Below, one piece after another: positions 47,800-57,543 of a stretch of DNA of 64,000 nucleotides. Numbering within the stretch: position 1 is the first letter of the stretch; every line of letters starts with the position of its first letter. Where the stretch lies: NCBI GenBank assembly GCA_045863295.1, contig BTWA01000004.1:1-64000 (forward strand), given 5' to 3'. The stretch is from Candidatus Hydrogenedentota bacterium. GTDB taxonomy: Bacteria > Hydrogenedentota > Hydrogenedentia > Hydrogenedentales > SLHB01. The notes under the pieces were generated by a model that was not told the origin of the DNA, did not search any database, and saw only the letters and a list, made by a program, of their open reading frames with translations. The position numbers and the translations under genes are program-made.

Positions 47800-49719
47800 T
47801 TACTTTGCGATGGCGTGCTCTTCCTCGTGCGCTTCTTTGTTTTCGGCATGTCGCCAGTTCACGGGGAAGTCGTTGTAAACACCCCAGATCATCCAGTCAT
47901 ATTTTCCACCCATAAGCGATTTCGCGGTTTCGTTGTAAGCGCGGTTGTGATTCTTCTTTACCGCTTTGAAGTGTGCGGCAATGCGAGCCCGGGCGTTCTT
48001 GCAGAACAAATCGGCCAGTTCCTGCGGGCTGGTGTCCTTCGGGTTCTTCTTCAATTGAAGTTCGGCATACGCGAGGCAGCAGCCCATGACGAACAGGTCA
48101 ACGCCGATTTCCACGAACTCGCCGAGGATGACCTGTTCGAATTCCATTTTCGGTCCAAACTTCGCCATGGTGTGGAATATGGTGCGCGCCATCTTGCGCG
48201 AATTGCGTTCGATGAAGGATAAGTGATCCAGGTTTGCACCATTAAGGTATTGCACGTTGTAGCTCTGGCCCGAGGGGAAGAAGGTGCCTGGGTACCACTT
48301 GGCGTAGAACTTCGCGGCATTGAGCAGAAGAGAGAACTTGCTTTCCTTCTGGCCGGGCTTGGGCTGCATGATGGGCATCACGAGTTTGAAGTGCGTATCG
48401 AGCGCTTCTCGTGCCATGATCAAGTGCATGACCTGGCTGGAGCCTTCGAAAATGCGGCCGATGCGGCTGTCGCGCAGGAACCGCTCCGCGGGAATGGGGT
48501 CTTCACCGCGTTCGTAAAGGGAGATTTCGGTTTCGAAACCGCGGCCGCCGCGCACCTGGATGTAATCATCGATCATGCGCCACGACGTTTCGGTGCAGAA
48601 GTATTTGGCGATGGCAGCCTCAAGACGAATGTCCGCACTTTCGTTATCCGCGAACGCACAGCACTGCCACACCAGAGCATCCATGGCGAATGTGTCCGCG
48701 GCATGATTGCTTACCAATTTGGCAATCGCCTGATGTTTGCCGATGGGCACGCCCCACTGCACGCGCTCGTTGATCCAGTTTTTCACATGCTTCAGTAGAA
48801 GCTTGGCGGCACCGGTGGACGCGGCCGGTATGCCGAGACGGCCGGTGTTGAGCGTGGTGAGCGCGATTTTTAATCCCTCGCCGGGCTTGCCGATGATGTT
48901 TTCCGCGGGCACCTTTACGTTTTCAAACAGCAACACGCCGTTTGATAGACCTTTCAAACCCATGAACTTGCACCGGTGCTTGACGCTGTAGCCGGGCATG
49001 GTACTCTCAACAATAAACGCCGAAATTTGGGTGCGCTCCTTGCCGTTCACAACCTTGGGCGGGGTCTTCGCCATCACAACGAGGATGTCTGCGTCAGGAC
49101 CATTTGTGCACCAGAGTTTCTCGCCATTCAGCAAATAATACGATCCGTCTTCGGAAGGCGTTGCAGTCAATTCCATTTTGGCGGGATCGGAACCCACGTT
49201 GGCTTCCGTCAGCGCGAATGCGGAGATTTCGCCTGCGGCGAGTCTGGGTAGATACTTCTTCTTTTGTTCTTCCGTGCCGAAGATCTTGAGCGGTTGCGGG
49301 ACGCCGATGCTTTGGTGCGCGGAAATCCAAGTCACGGTACTTTGACAATAACTGCCGACAAATTGCAGCACGCGCGCATAGTTCGTAACGGAGAAGCCGA
49401 GACCGCCGTACTCCTTGGGAATCTTCATACCGAAGATGCCGATTTCCGCGAGCGCCTTTAATGCTTCCTTGGGATACTCGCCGGTGCGATCAATCTCGAT
49501 TGGATCGACATGCTTGTCGAGGACTTCCTTGAGTTTGAGGAGGTAGTCATCGCCAATCTTTTTTTCTTCGGGCGTTTGTTCCGCATAGGGGTGCAACAAA
49601 TCCCATCGGAAATTGCCGCGAAACAATTCTGCGGTAAAACTTGGGAACTTCCATTCGGCCTCGCGTGCGGCTTCCGCGAGTTCCATGGCCTTGTCTTTAT
49701 CGGTGTTATTTACGCTCAT
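47800..49719 (-). CDS. Acyl-CoA dehydrogenase, VLCAD/ACAD9-like (paralog 1)
   Basis: AFALTE..VGSD, NGEKLWCTN, QVRGGRG, IFEGSSQ. Confidence 0.95.
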   Translation of the reverse strand: MSVNNTDKDKAMELAEAAREAEWKFPSFTAELFRGNFRWDLLHPYAEQTPEEKKIGDDYLLKLKEVLDKHVDPIEIDRTGEYPKEALKALAEIGIFGMKIPKEYGGLGFSVTNYARVLQFVGSYCQSTVTWISAHQSIGVPQPLKIFGTEEQKKKYLPRLAAGEISAFALTEANVGSDPAKMELTATPSEDGSYYLLNGEKLWCTNGPDADILVVMAKTPPKVVNGKERTQISAFIVESTMPGYSVKHRCKFMGLKGLSNGVLLFENVKVPAENIIGKPGEGLKIALTTLNTGRLGIPAASTGAAKLLLKHVKNWINERVQWGVPIGKHQAIAKLVSNHAADTFAMDALVWQCCAFADNESADIRLEAAIAKYFCTETSWRMIDDYIQVRGGRGFETEISLYERGEDPIPAERFLRDSRIGRIFEGSSQVMHLIMAREALDTHFKLVMPIMQPKPGQKESKFSLLLNAAKFYAKWYPGTFFPSGQSYNVQYLNGANLDHLSFIERNSRKMARTIFHTMAKFGPKMEFEQVILGEFVEIGVDLFVMGCCLAYAELQLKKNPKDTSPQELADLFCKNARARIAAHFKAVKKNHNRAYNETAKSLMGGKYDWMIWGVYNDFPVNWRHAENKEAHEEEHAIAK

Positions 49720-49785
49720 GGCATGTCACCTCGACCCCGTTTCTTCCCAGCCCTTGCAATGACCTACCGGTGAGTAGGTATAGAA

Positions 49786-49814
49786 AGTATAAACGAGATT
49801 CTACTTTTTGCCAA
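49786..49814 (-). promoter_or_regulatory. Sigma-70 promoter of ACAD paralog 1
   Basis: TTGGCA-N17-TATACT. Confidence 0.6.
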
Positions 49815-50001
49815 CCCCCCGTTTGTGCGATCACCCCGGTACACGCCGATTGGGGCAACCATGCGAGCACGTGGCGTCAAAGTCGGGCAAGCGGGATGTA
49901 TCACACCCGGTCCTTTCGGTACGGGTTAATACGCTGAAAAAGAACAGCTTATCACAGCGCTGTGAAATCAGAAACAAGAACTGCGCTTTAAAGAGGACCG
50001 G

Positions 50002-50030
50002 TTGACAAAGAGAGAGGGTTGCTCTAGGCT
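50002..50030 (+). promoter_or_regulatory. Sigma-70 promoter of ACAD paralog 2
   Basis: TTGACA-N17-TAGGCT. Confidence 0.6.
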
Positions 50031-50167
50031 GAAGGCTACCTTCCAGGCAATATCGGATAGTCATGCGTTTGCGGTTTATCTTTACTGAAGAGTCGGTATG
50101 GAAGTGCGGCGGAGCCGTCGCAACGTCCAAAATCGACGCCAGGGCGTAAGCTAAGAGGTGTCCCTCC

Positions 50168-52165
50168 ATGAGCGATCTCGATCACAAGGCCAAACAGGCG
50201 GCAATGGATCTGGCGGAAGACTCCCGCGAAAAAGAGTGGGCGTCGGCCAGCATCGTGGCGGAGATTTTCCGCGGCCGCTTTCGTTGGGATTTGATTAGCT
50301 TGTATCCCGAGCAGGATCCGGATGACAAGAAGATAGGCGATGCCTATATCGAAAAGCTGAAATCCGTGTTAGAGAAGACCCTGGATCCGGAGAAGGTCGA
50401 TCGCGAAGGCAAAATTCCGCCGGAGGCGATCGCGGCCTTGGGCGAAATTGGCGCATTCGGCATCAAGATCCCCAAGGAGTACGGCGGACTCGGATTCTCG
50501 CAGATGAACTACACGCGCGTCGTTGCCTTCCTGGCCAGTTATTGCGCCTCCACCGCGTCGCTGGTATCCGCGCATCAGAGCATCGGCGTGCCGCAGCCGT
50601 TGAAGCTTTTTGGCACACCGGAGCAAAAGAAGAAGTATTTGCCGCGTCTGGCCAAGGGCGAGATTTCGGCCTTCGCTCTCACGGAGCCGGGGGTCGGATC
50701 CGATCCCGCGAAGATGAGTACGACGGCGATGCCGACCGACGATGGAAAACACTACATCATCAACGGCGAAAAACTTTGGTGTACCAATGCTCCCATGGCC
50801 GATGTGCTTGTGGTGATGGCGGTGACGCCTCCGAAGATGGTAAATGGCAAGGAGAAGAAACAAGTCTCTGCCTTTATCGTCGAGGCCGATACCCCAGGTT
50901 TCGAGATTCTTCATGAGTGCTCCTTCATGGGTTGCCGGGGAATTCGAAATGCGTGGCTCCGGTTCACGGACGTCAAGGTGCCAGCGGAGAATTTGATCGG
51001 TCAGCCCGGTGAGGGGCTGAAAATTGCCTTCACTACTTTGAATGCCGGCCGGTTGAGCCTGCCCGCAACGGCGGCAGTAGGCGGCCGAGGCGCCATTGAG
51101 GAGTTACAAGATTGGGTGAATGAGCGAGTGCAATGGGGCGCGCCCATCGGCAAGCACCAGGCGGTGGCCAAGAAAATTGCGAACATTGCCGCGGACACAT
51201 TCGCCATGGACAGCATCAACGGCATCGCGTGCATGTTTGTGGACAAGGGCGACATGGATGTGCGGCTGGAGGCTGCGATTGCCAAGTATTACTGCACGGA
51301 GGTTGGCTGGCGCATCTGCGACGACTGGCTTCAAGTAAAAGGCGGACGCGGGTATGAGACCTCGGAATCGCTCCGCAAGCGCGGCGAAAACCCGGCGCCG
51401 GTCGAGCGTGCGATTCGCAATGCGCGCATAGCGCGAATTGTCGAGGGGACCAGCGAAGTCATGCAGTTGTTCATCGCGCGCGAAGCCATGGACATGCACA
51501 TGAAATTTGCGATGCCCATTTTCATGGGCAAGGGCTCGGCAATGAGCAAACTGCCGATGATACTCAAGGCAGCCTTGTTCTACTTGCGGTGGTATCCGAC
51601 CACGTGGCTGCCCGCGGGGCGATGCCATGCACGCAACCTGAACAACGCGAACCAGGATCATCTCAATTACATCGGCAAAACGGCCAAACGGCTGGCCCGC
51701 ACCATGTTTCACACCATGGCGAAATTCGGCCCGAAACTGGAATTTGAGCAATTGCGGCTGGCCTGCTTTGTGGACATCGGCACGGAACTGTTCGCCATGG
51801 CGGCATCGCTTTCGCATGCCGATCGCCAATTGGATCGAAACCGCGAGAATGACGATTTGCAGCATCTAGTCGATTTGTTCTGCACCAACGCGCGTCTGCG
51901 GATCGAAGAAAATTTCAGGGCCGTGAAGCGGAAGAACCCGAACGCGTTGATAAACAAGGTTTCTCGCGCGTTCATGGACAAGAAGTATGCGTGGATGGTG
52001 CAGGACGTGTATGTGGACGATCCGCCGCTGTCGGCCAATGCGCCAGGCGCCAAGACGCCGACAGGAAAACGCTTCCCTCGCCCCAGCGAATGGGTAAAGG
52101 AAAATGCGGTTACCAAAATCATGCAACCGCTTCGTGAAGAAGCGACGGAACAAATTCCGAAATAG
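50168..52165 (+). CDS. Acyl-CoA dehydrogenase, VLCAD/ACAD9-like (paralog 2)
   Basis: AFALTEPGVGSD, NGEKLWCTN, QVKGGRG, IVEGTSE. Confidence 0.95.
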   Translation: MSDLDHKAKQAAMDLAEDSREKEWASASIVAEIFRGRFRWDLISLYPEQDPDDKKIGDAYIEKLKSVLEKTLDPEKVDREGKIPPEAIAALGEIGAFGIKIPKEYGGLGFSQMNYTRVVAFLASYCASTASLVSAHQSIGVPQPLKLFGTPEQKKKYLPRLAKGEISAFALTEPGVGSDPAKMSTTAMPTDDGKHYIINGEKLWCTNAPMADVLVVMAVTPPKMVNGKEKKQVSAFIVEADTPGFEILHECSFMGCRGIRNAWLRFTDVKVPAENLIGQPGEGLKIAFTTLNAGRLSLPATAAVGGRGAIEELQDWVNERVQWGAPIGKHQAVAKKIANIAADTFAMDSINGIACMFVDKGDMDVRLEAAIAKYYCTEVGWRICDDWLQVKGGRGYETSESLRKRGENPAPVERAIRNARIARIVEGTSEVMQLFIAREAMDMHMKFAMPIFMGKGSAMSKLPMILKAALFYLRWYPTTWLPAGRCHARNLNNANQDHLNYIGKTAKRLARTMFHTMAKFGPKLEFEQLRLACFVDIGTELFAMAASLSHADRQLDRNRENDDLQHLVDLFCTNARLRIEENFRAVKRKNPNALINKVSRAFMDKKYAWMVQDVYVDDPPLSANAPGAKTPTGKRFPRPSEWVKENAVTKIMQPLREEATEQIPK

Positions 52166-52182
52166 TTGGAAGCTTGAATTGC

Positions 52183-52222
52183 GCGGCCCATGCATCCGCA
52201 AGGACTGCATGGGCCGCTTTTT
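52183..52222 (+). terminator. Intrinsic terminator
   Basis: GCGGCCCATGCA...TGCATGGGCCGC followed by T5. Confidence 0.8.
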
Positions 52223-52229
52223 GTCTGGC

Positions 52230-53555
52230 TTATACGGCGCGCAGGTCCTCGATGTCTTTGGAAAAACCTGCGATAGTATTTTCCTGTAGCGTGTTGTCGC
52301 CTGCCTCCTTGCCAATGCGTATGGCCACGCGCTGGGCAGGGGCGCGTGATTCCACGATTTCATTCTTCGCGAGCAGATTGCCCGCAGTGACACCTTGAAT
52401 GTCCACGGCAGCCGCCGCCTCTCCCCCGCTGTCCGCAATGCGGTTCAGTTCGATCCGGTTGCCTTCGGCGGTAAACCCTTCGCCGCGCTCCGGGCGGAAC
52501 AGCAATCCCACCTCGCCGCTTCGCTCTACGATATTTCGGACTACCCAGTTAAAATTGTCGCGATGTCCTATGGAAACGCCGGTCTTGTTCTCCCGTACGA
52601 TGTTCTTTTCCGCGAGACCGTATTTCACGCCCCAACAGAAAAAAATGCCGATGGTGTTGCCCTCGATGTGGTTGCTTCGCATTATCGGGCGTTGCGATCC
52701 GGACCCGGGATGCAGGCCAAGATCGGCATTATTCAGGCTCCGGCAGTTCTCCACGGCCACATCGTGGCAGATCTGCCAACTGATGCCGTCGCCGTTGTTA
52801 TTGCGCGCCTCGACATTGCGCATAAGAATCCGGCTGTTGTCCTGAAACCAGATGCAGCCCCCGTAGTTGCCGTCGAGATGCGCGTTATTGGCCTTGTTTC
52901 CGTCAATCGCGATGTCGGCGATTTCCATATCAGTCGCGCCTTCTTCAGCCGTGACGACCGGAAACAGCGACGAAACCGTGGGGGATTCGCTGGTCCAGAA
53001 ATTTTCGCGCAATGCCTTGTCGATCTTGAACCGGTTTCCGCTGCGCGCGACGAGGGTGCGCTTGAGCACCATCATACCGCCGTGATGTGCGTTCTTGGAT
53101 CGAAGGCAAATGCCATCGCCCACTTCAAAACCGGACGCATCGTCGAGCGTGATTTCCTGGTCGTACCAGTCCGAGTCGGCGGACAACGTAGTCTCCATCG
53201 AAGGCTCTTTGATCAGAATGGTCTCGACGCCGCCTCCCAGCAGCCGGACACCCGTTCGAAGAAACAGCGAATTACGCATGCGGTACGTACCCGGAAGTAC
53301 TTTCACCGTCCCTCCTCCGAGCCGGTACACGTAATCCACAGCGGCTTGCAGCGCTTTGTCGGTGGTCCCGACGATGTCGGCGTCTTTATGCCCCACCGAA
53401 ATGTCCACACGCACATCCCAGTCGGGTTCCACGGCCGTATCGCCCGACGTTGCCCTGGGATGGGTTACGTCCGGCATGGCGCTTGATGCCTTTGCTGTCC
53501 ACATTACTCCGGCACCGGCGATGGCGCGGATCCAGGTTCTGCGAGTACAGGTCAT
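52230..53555 (-). CDS. Tat-exported right-handed parallel beta-helix (pectate lyase-like) protein
   Basis: TRRTWI Tat-like signal; ALQAAVD...GGGTV...GTY; Asn-ladder repeats; ATG at 53555 after GGAGGT. Confidence 0.85.
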   Translation of the reverse strand: MTCTRRTWIRAIAGAGVMWTAKASSAMPDVTHPRATSGDTAVEPDWDVRVDISVGHKDADIVGTTDKALQAAVDYVYRLGGGTVKVLPGTYRMRNSLFLRTGVRLLGGGVETILIKEPSMETTLSADSDWYDQEITLDDASGFEVGDGICLRSKNAHHGGMMVLKRTLVARSGNRFKIDKALRENFWTSESPTVSSLFPVVTAEEGATDMEIADIAIDGNKANNAHLDGNYGGCIWFQDNSRILMRNVEARNNNGDGISWQICHDVAVENCRSLNNADLGLHPGSGSQRPIMRSNHIEGNTIGIFFCWGVKYGLAEKNIVRENKTGVSIGHRDNFNWVVRNIVERSGEVGLLFRPERGEGFTAEGNRIELNRIADSGGEAAAAVDIQGVTAGNLLAKNEIVESRAPAQRVAIRIGKEAGDNTLQENTIAGFSKDIEDLRAV

Positions 53556-53688
53556 GGGAAACCTCCTTGGATGGTCGAAACGCATGGTTCCACCGGGGGT
53601 GGCCGGTTTTCAAGTGGACGCTTCTGCCGATTTGGGCTCTCCTTCAGCGAGGATCCGGGGATACCGGCCAGTTTGGCGGAAGTTGTGT

Positions 53689-53714
53689 GAACATTTCTCC
53701 GTCTCGTGTGTCTA
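53689..53714 (+). promoter_or_regulatory. ECF-type promoter candidate
   Basis: GAAC-N17-GTCTA directly upstream of the ECF sigma gene. Confidence 0.5.
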
Positions 53715-53741
53715 TTCCAGGCAAAGCGATAGAATGGAACC

Positions 53742-54305
53742 ATGACAGGCTCATATGAGGCGGCATTGACAGGCCAAACGGATGGGTTGCCGGATCAGGC
53801 AGCGCTTCGAGGCCAGTTCGAGGAACTGGCCCCGCGCATCATACCGCGCCTGCGGGCCTTGGCATGGAAATTCGGTCTGCCACCCGATGAATGGGACGAC
53901 GCCGTGCAGGATGTACTAACCAAAGCGTGGAATGGGCTCGACCGATTTCGCGGTGACGCGAAACTGGAGACCTGGCTGATTCGAATCGCGGTGCATGCAT
54001 ACACATCGCGGAAGCGAGCCGTCGCTCGTCGCCTTTGGCGCATGGTCCGGCGACAGGGTGAGTTGGATTTGGAAGACTCGCCAATCGCCTTGACCCCTGA
54101 GAAAAACGAAGCATATCGCCACGCTCATGCGTGCATTCGGGCCCTGCCGCCGAAGCTACGAGCGGTATTCGTGCTGCGATACCTCGAGGAATTGCCGTGC
54201 GCCGCAGTGGCGGCAATGCTGGGCATACCGGAGGCGACCGTGCGAACCCGAATATTTCACGCGCGAAAGAAGCTGCGAGCCATGATGAAGGAGTTCGACC
54301 CGTGA
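53742..54305 (+). CDS. ECF RNA polymerase sigma factor
   Basis: DAVQDV, FRGDAKLETWLIRIA, LPPKLRAVFVLRYLE, TVRTRIFHARKKL. Confidence 0.93.
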   Translation: MTGSYEAALTGQTDGLPDQAALRGQFEELAPRIIPRLRALAWKFGLPPDEWDDAVQDVLTKAWNGLDRFRGDAKLETWLIRIAVHAYTSRKRAVARRLWRMVRRQGELDLEDSPIALTPEKNEAYRHAHACIRALPPKLRAVFVLRYLEELPCAAVAAMLGIPEATVRTRIFHARKKLRAMMKEFDP

Positions 54306-54952
54306 AAAATTGCCGCGGTCGGGAAGAGGCCCTCGTACGCTATGCCGACAACGACCTGCCGCCGCAGGATGTGCCGGAGTTGGAACAGCACCTTGGGGTA
54401 TGCGAAGTATGCGCGCGGGTCTTGCGCGAACACCGGAAAGCGCTGTTACACATGACAAGCGCCTTCGCTTCCCCTTCGGTATATGTAGATCAGACGCAAA
54501 CCATCTTTGAACGTCCGACGAAGAATTCCCGGTGGCGGACGGCGATGGCCTTGGGTGCCGTTCTACTGGTGGCGGGCGCAATGGCTGGATACATCGGCAC
54601 GCGCAATGCCGGACGGACCGCGCCAACGGAGAGCGAAGTTGTCATTTCCGCGGACGAGGTGATAGCGCTTAAACAGCGGATCGCGGATCTGGAAGATCGA
54701 TTGGCCAGAATGGACAAGGCGCGGGCCGCGGCAAGGGAACGGGCTGTGCAGCAGGCCTTGGACGAGCAGGAACAGGTTGCCGCTATCCTGCTTGCGGCCG
54801 GCTTGCAATTGGAGCGGCACGGTGACTTGCCGAACGCCGTCCAGCGATACAGGTTCGCGGCCAGCCAATACTCGGAAACACGATCCGGAAAGCTGGCCAA
54901 AGAAAGACTCGACGCGGCAGCCGCCGCCGAAAGCACAGACTCGCAAACGTAA
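54302..54952 (+). CDS. Zinc-binding (ZAS/zf-HC2) membrane anti-sigma factor
   Basis: GTGA overlap with the sigma gene; HLGVCEVC (HxxxCxxC); one TM; coiled-coil/TPR-like C-terminus. Confidence 0.85.
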   Translation: MKNCRGREEALVRYADNDLPPQDVPELEQHLGVCEVCARVLREHRKALLHMTSAFASPSVYVDQTQTIFERPTKNSRWRTAMALGAVLLVAGAMAGYIGTRNAGRTAPTESEVVISADEVIALKQRIADLEDRLARMDKARAAARERAVQQALDEQEQVAAILLAAGLQLERHGDLPNAVQRYRFAASQYSETRSGKLAKERLDAAAAAESTDSQT

Positions 54953-54999
54953 GTACGAATAAAGTCAGTTGTCAATTCGAGATATTGGAGCATACGAAA

Positions 55000-56103
55000 A
55001 TGAAGACTCTCGTTCGCCTCTCCTTGTTGACGGCATTCACGGCGGGTTTGTTCCTTCAGCTATCGCACGCCGAGGAGGATGCGGTTTTGTTTCTCGACTT
55101 CCGGTCGCCCATCAAACTTGAAGAGTACCAAGCGTGGGTAGCCGACGCTGATTTCGAAGCCATCGTCCACCGGTATGGATGGACCTGGACAGATGAAATG
55201 GAAGCATGGCTCGAATCCAATGTTCGGACGGTCACTGTGCGCGACTACGGCACACATCGCGGAGTAGTAGTGCCCGCCAAAGGCTTCGACCAACTTCAGG
55301 GTGTCCTCGTGGTCATAGTCAAAGCGTATAGAAGCGCTGAGATTGAGCGGGAAATACAAGACTTGACTCGTACACAGGAGGAATTAGCGACCAAGAAGTC
55401 CGACTACGAGAAGATGGTGGAGGGTCTAACGCTAGATTACAGGCAAAGTGCGGCCGGGCGGCCGGTCGAGGTGCTGTCGAACATGCTCAACGCGTGTGAG
55501 ACCGCTAGACTGGAAAACGATTTGCGTATCGCGGAATTGGAAGCCCGCCTGGATTCCATTCGCGATAATTTGAAGAAGGAAGAGCACATCATGGCTACCA
55601 CCGGCGCTCAATCGGCAGGGCAGGCAGCGGTACTTCGATCCCAACTTGAGGAACAGCTCAAGAATGCGGAGAGCGACTTGGTCCGGGCTGAGGAAGCAAA
55701 ACAAGCTGGAGCGTTATCCATCAGCGAGTTTGGCGCTATCCGAAGGATGCTGGAGGGGGCCAAGGTGGAGTTAGCCGAGTTTGACGCTCAGTCCCAAGCG
55801 GTTCAACCTAGTCCTGTGTATCAGCGGCTGCGGGAGATGCTAATCGAGTCCGAAACGGATTTTGCGGCGGCAACCCGAAAAGCCGATTTCCTGGAAAAGC
55901 GCATCAGGGAAGAATACGTGCGCATCGAGGAGGCCATGTCCATTTACGGAAAACTGGAGTCCGCAAAGGGTAGTTTGCAGGCTACGATAGATGCATTGGC
56001 GGAGGCGGGAAGACGATTGGAGAACGCGAATCAGCGCATGGAAGACCTGCAGCAGGCCGAATTACCCTCCTTCCCCGGTGGGGACCCCAAATTGTTCGGA
56101 TAA
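55000..56103 (+). CDS. Secreted coiled-coil protein
   Basis: Signal peptide ending in SHA-E; long heptad-rich region. Confidence 0.75.
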   Translation: MKTLVRLSLLTAFTAGLFLQLSHAEEDAVLFLDFRSPIKLEEYQAWVADADFEAIVHRYGWTWTDEMEAWLESNVRTVTVRDYGTHRGVVVPAKGFDQLQGVLVVIVKAYRSAEIEREIQDLTRTQEELATKKSDYEKMVEGLTLDYRQSAAGRPVEVLSNMLNACETARLENDLRIAELEARLDSIRDNLKKEEHIMATTGAQSAGQAAVLRSQLEEQLKNAESDLVRAEEAKQAGALSISEFGAIRRMLEGAKVELAEFDAQSQAVQPSPVYQRLREMLIESETDFAAATRKADFLEKRIREEYVRIEEAMSIYGKLESAKGSLQATIDALAEAGRRLENANQRMEDLQQAELPSFPGGDPKLFG

Positions 56104-56123
56104 GGCAACCATCAAATATCCCC

Positions 56124-56183
56124 TTGACAACACCTTGTAGTTCGAGGTATCCTATGCCTAGAAGACCAAAGTATAGGATACCT
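56124..56183 (+). promoter_or_regulatory. padR promoter with inverted-repeat operator
   Basis: TTGACA-N18-TATCCT; AGGTATCCTAT-N17-ATAGGATACCT perfect 11-bp IR. Confidence 0.7.
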
Positions 56184-56188
56184 TCGCC

Positions 56189-56515
56189 ATGAACGAAAAA
56201 GAGCTGATGGGGGCCTCTACGGCCCTGCTGGTCCTGGGGTTGCTCGCCAAAGACCCGAGTTACGGCTACGAACTCGTCAAACGCGTCAACGACGCTGCGG
56301 ACGGCGCGCTGGAATGGCAGGAGGGGACCATCTACCCCATCCTCCACAAGCTGGAAAAAGAAGGCCACGTCCGCACCCAATGGCAACAGGCCGACACCGG
56401 CCGCCAGCGCAAGTATTACTACATCACCGCCGAAGGCAGGGATTCCCTCTCGCAACAAACCGAACGCTGGCACATGTTTCACGGAATCGTGTCCCGCGTG
56501 GTGGAGGCATCATGA
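56189..56515 (+). CDS. PadR family transcriptional regulator (short subfamily)
   Basis: YGYEL, EGTIYPILHKLE, RQRKYYYIT.EGR. Confidence 0.95.
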   Translation: MNEKELMGASTALLVLGLLAKDPSYGYELVKRVNDAADGALEWQEGTIYPILHKLEKEGHVRTQWQQADTGRQRKYYYITAEGRDSLSQQTERWHMFHGIVSRVVEAS

Positions 56516-57456
56516 TGCACATCGAACTTAGCGATACAACCCAAAGAGAGATTGACGGCCTCGCCAGCCGGATTGCACGAGCACAGGGGCTGGAGGAAGA
56601 CGTCGCGCTTGAATTGCATCATCACATCGAAGACAAGGTGATCGGCTATCTGTCCAGCGAAGTGCCCGTGAGCGAGGCGGATGCGCTGTTGTTGGCTTCG
56701 AACCATTTTGGGGATTCAAGGCTGGTCAAGGACCTGCTTGGGGTGGCGCACGACCATGAGGCGAGCAAGACGTTCACACAGCGTCTGTTTGCCGTCGCTA
56801 CCGCGAGCTTTCTTGCCATGTACTTGCCCAAGCTCATCAATGCCGCGCTGGGCCCCGTGTTCCGCTGGGCCGATATACAGCGGCAGGAGGCCTTCGTCTT
56901 CACATGGAGCGGCCTCTATACGTTGGGCACCGCGTTTTCGGTCTTTTTAATCTGGCGGCTGCTGAAGCGCTGGAAGGCCCGAGAACAACAGCCCGGCGGT
57001 TCATGGTACCAGCGTCTGAAAATCGGATGGCTGATGCTGGTACTAGCGGCCTTATTCGCCGGTCTGCCGTTCGCCGCATCTCAATACAACAAGACCATGC
57101 ATTCCTTGATGCCCAATATAGTCGAACTGCCCCAACGCGGGTATGTGTACGGCACCATGGCCCAACTCGGATTGATGGCTCTTTCGGCATTCGTCCTGAT
57201 CGTAATGTGGCCATGGTGGTGCGACCGTGAACCACGCACAAACCGCGTCATATACCGCTCCTGCGCATGGGCGGCCTCGTGGCTTGCCATGGTTCTCATC
57301 GTGTCGGTTCCTATGCAGCCGTCCAATTTGCTGGCGCTTTCACCCAGCATTCTGGCGGTCGCGGGATTTGGGTTGGTGGCATATGTGAGTTACAGATTTG
57401 CCCGATGGATGCAAGATCAATCAAATGAGCATGCATTAAACATGAATTCAAAATGA
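56512..57456 (+). CDS. PadR-associated membrane protein 1 (HAAS/permease-prefix-like N-terminus plus about 6 TMs)
   Basis: ATGA overlap with padR; ELHHHIED...EADA...HFG. Confidence 0.8.
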   Translation: MMHIELSDTTQREIDGLASRIARAQGLEEDVALELHHHIEDKVIGYLSSEVPVSEADALLLASNHFGDSRLVKDLLGVAHDHEASKTFTQRLFAVATASFLAMYLPKLINAALGPVFRWADIQRQEAFVFTWSGLYTLGTAFSVFLIWRLLKRWKAREQQPGGSWYQRLKIGWLMLVLAALFAGLPFAASQYNKTMHSLMPNIVELPQRGYVYGTMAQLGLMALSAFVLIVMWPWWCDREPRTNRVIYRSCAWAASWLAMVLIVSVPMQPSNLLALSPSILAVAGFGLVAYVSYRFARWMQDQSNEHALNMNSK

Positions 57457-57543
57457 GCAGACCAGGATACAATGATAGGGGATGTCCCACGCGGCGTATA
57501 ACGCATTGCTTTCATGCACGTTTAGGCGTGCGGGAGCACTTCG

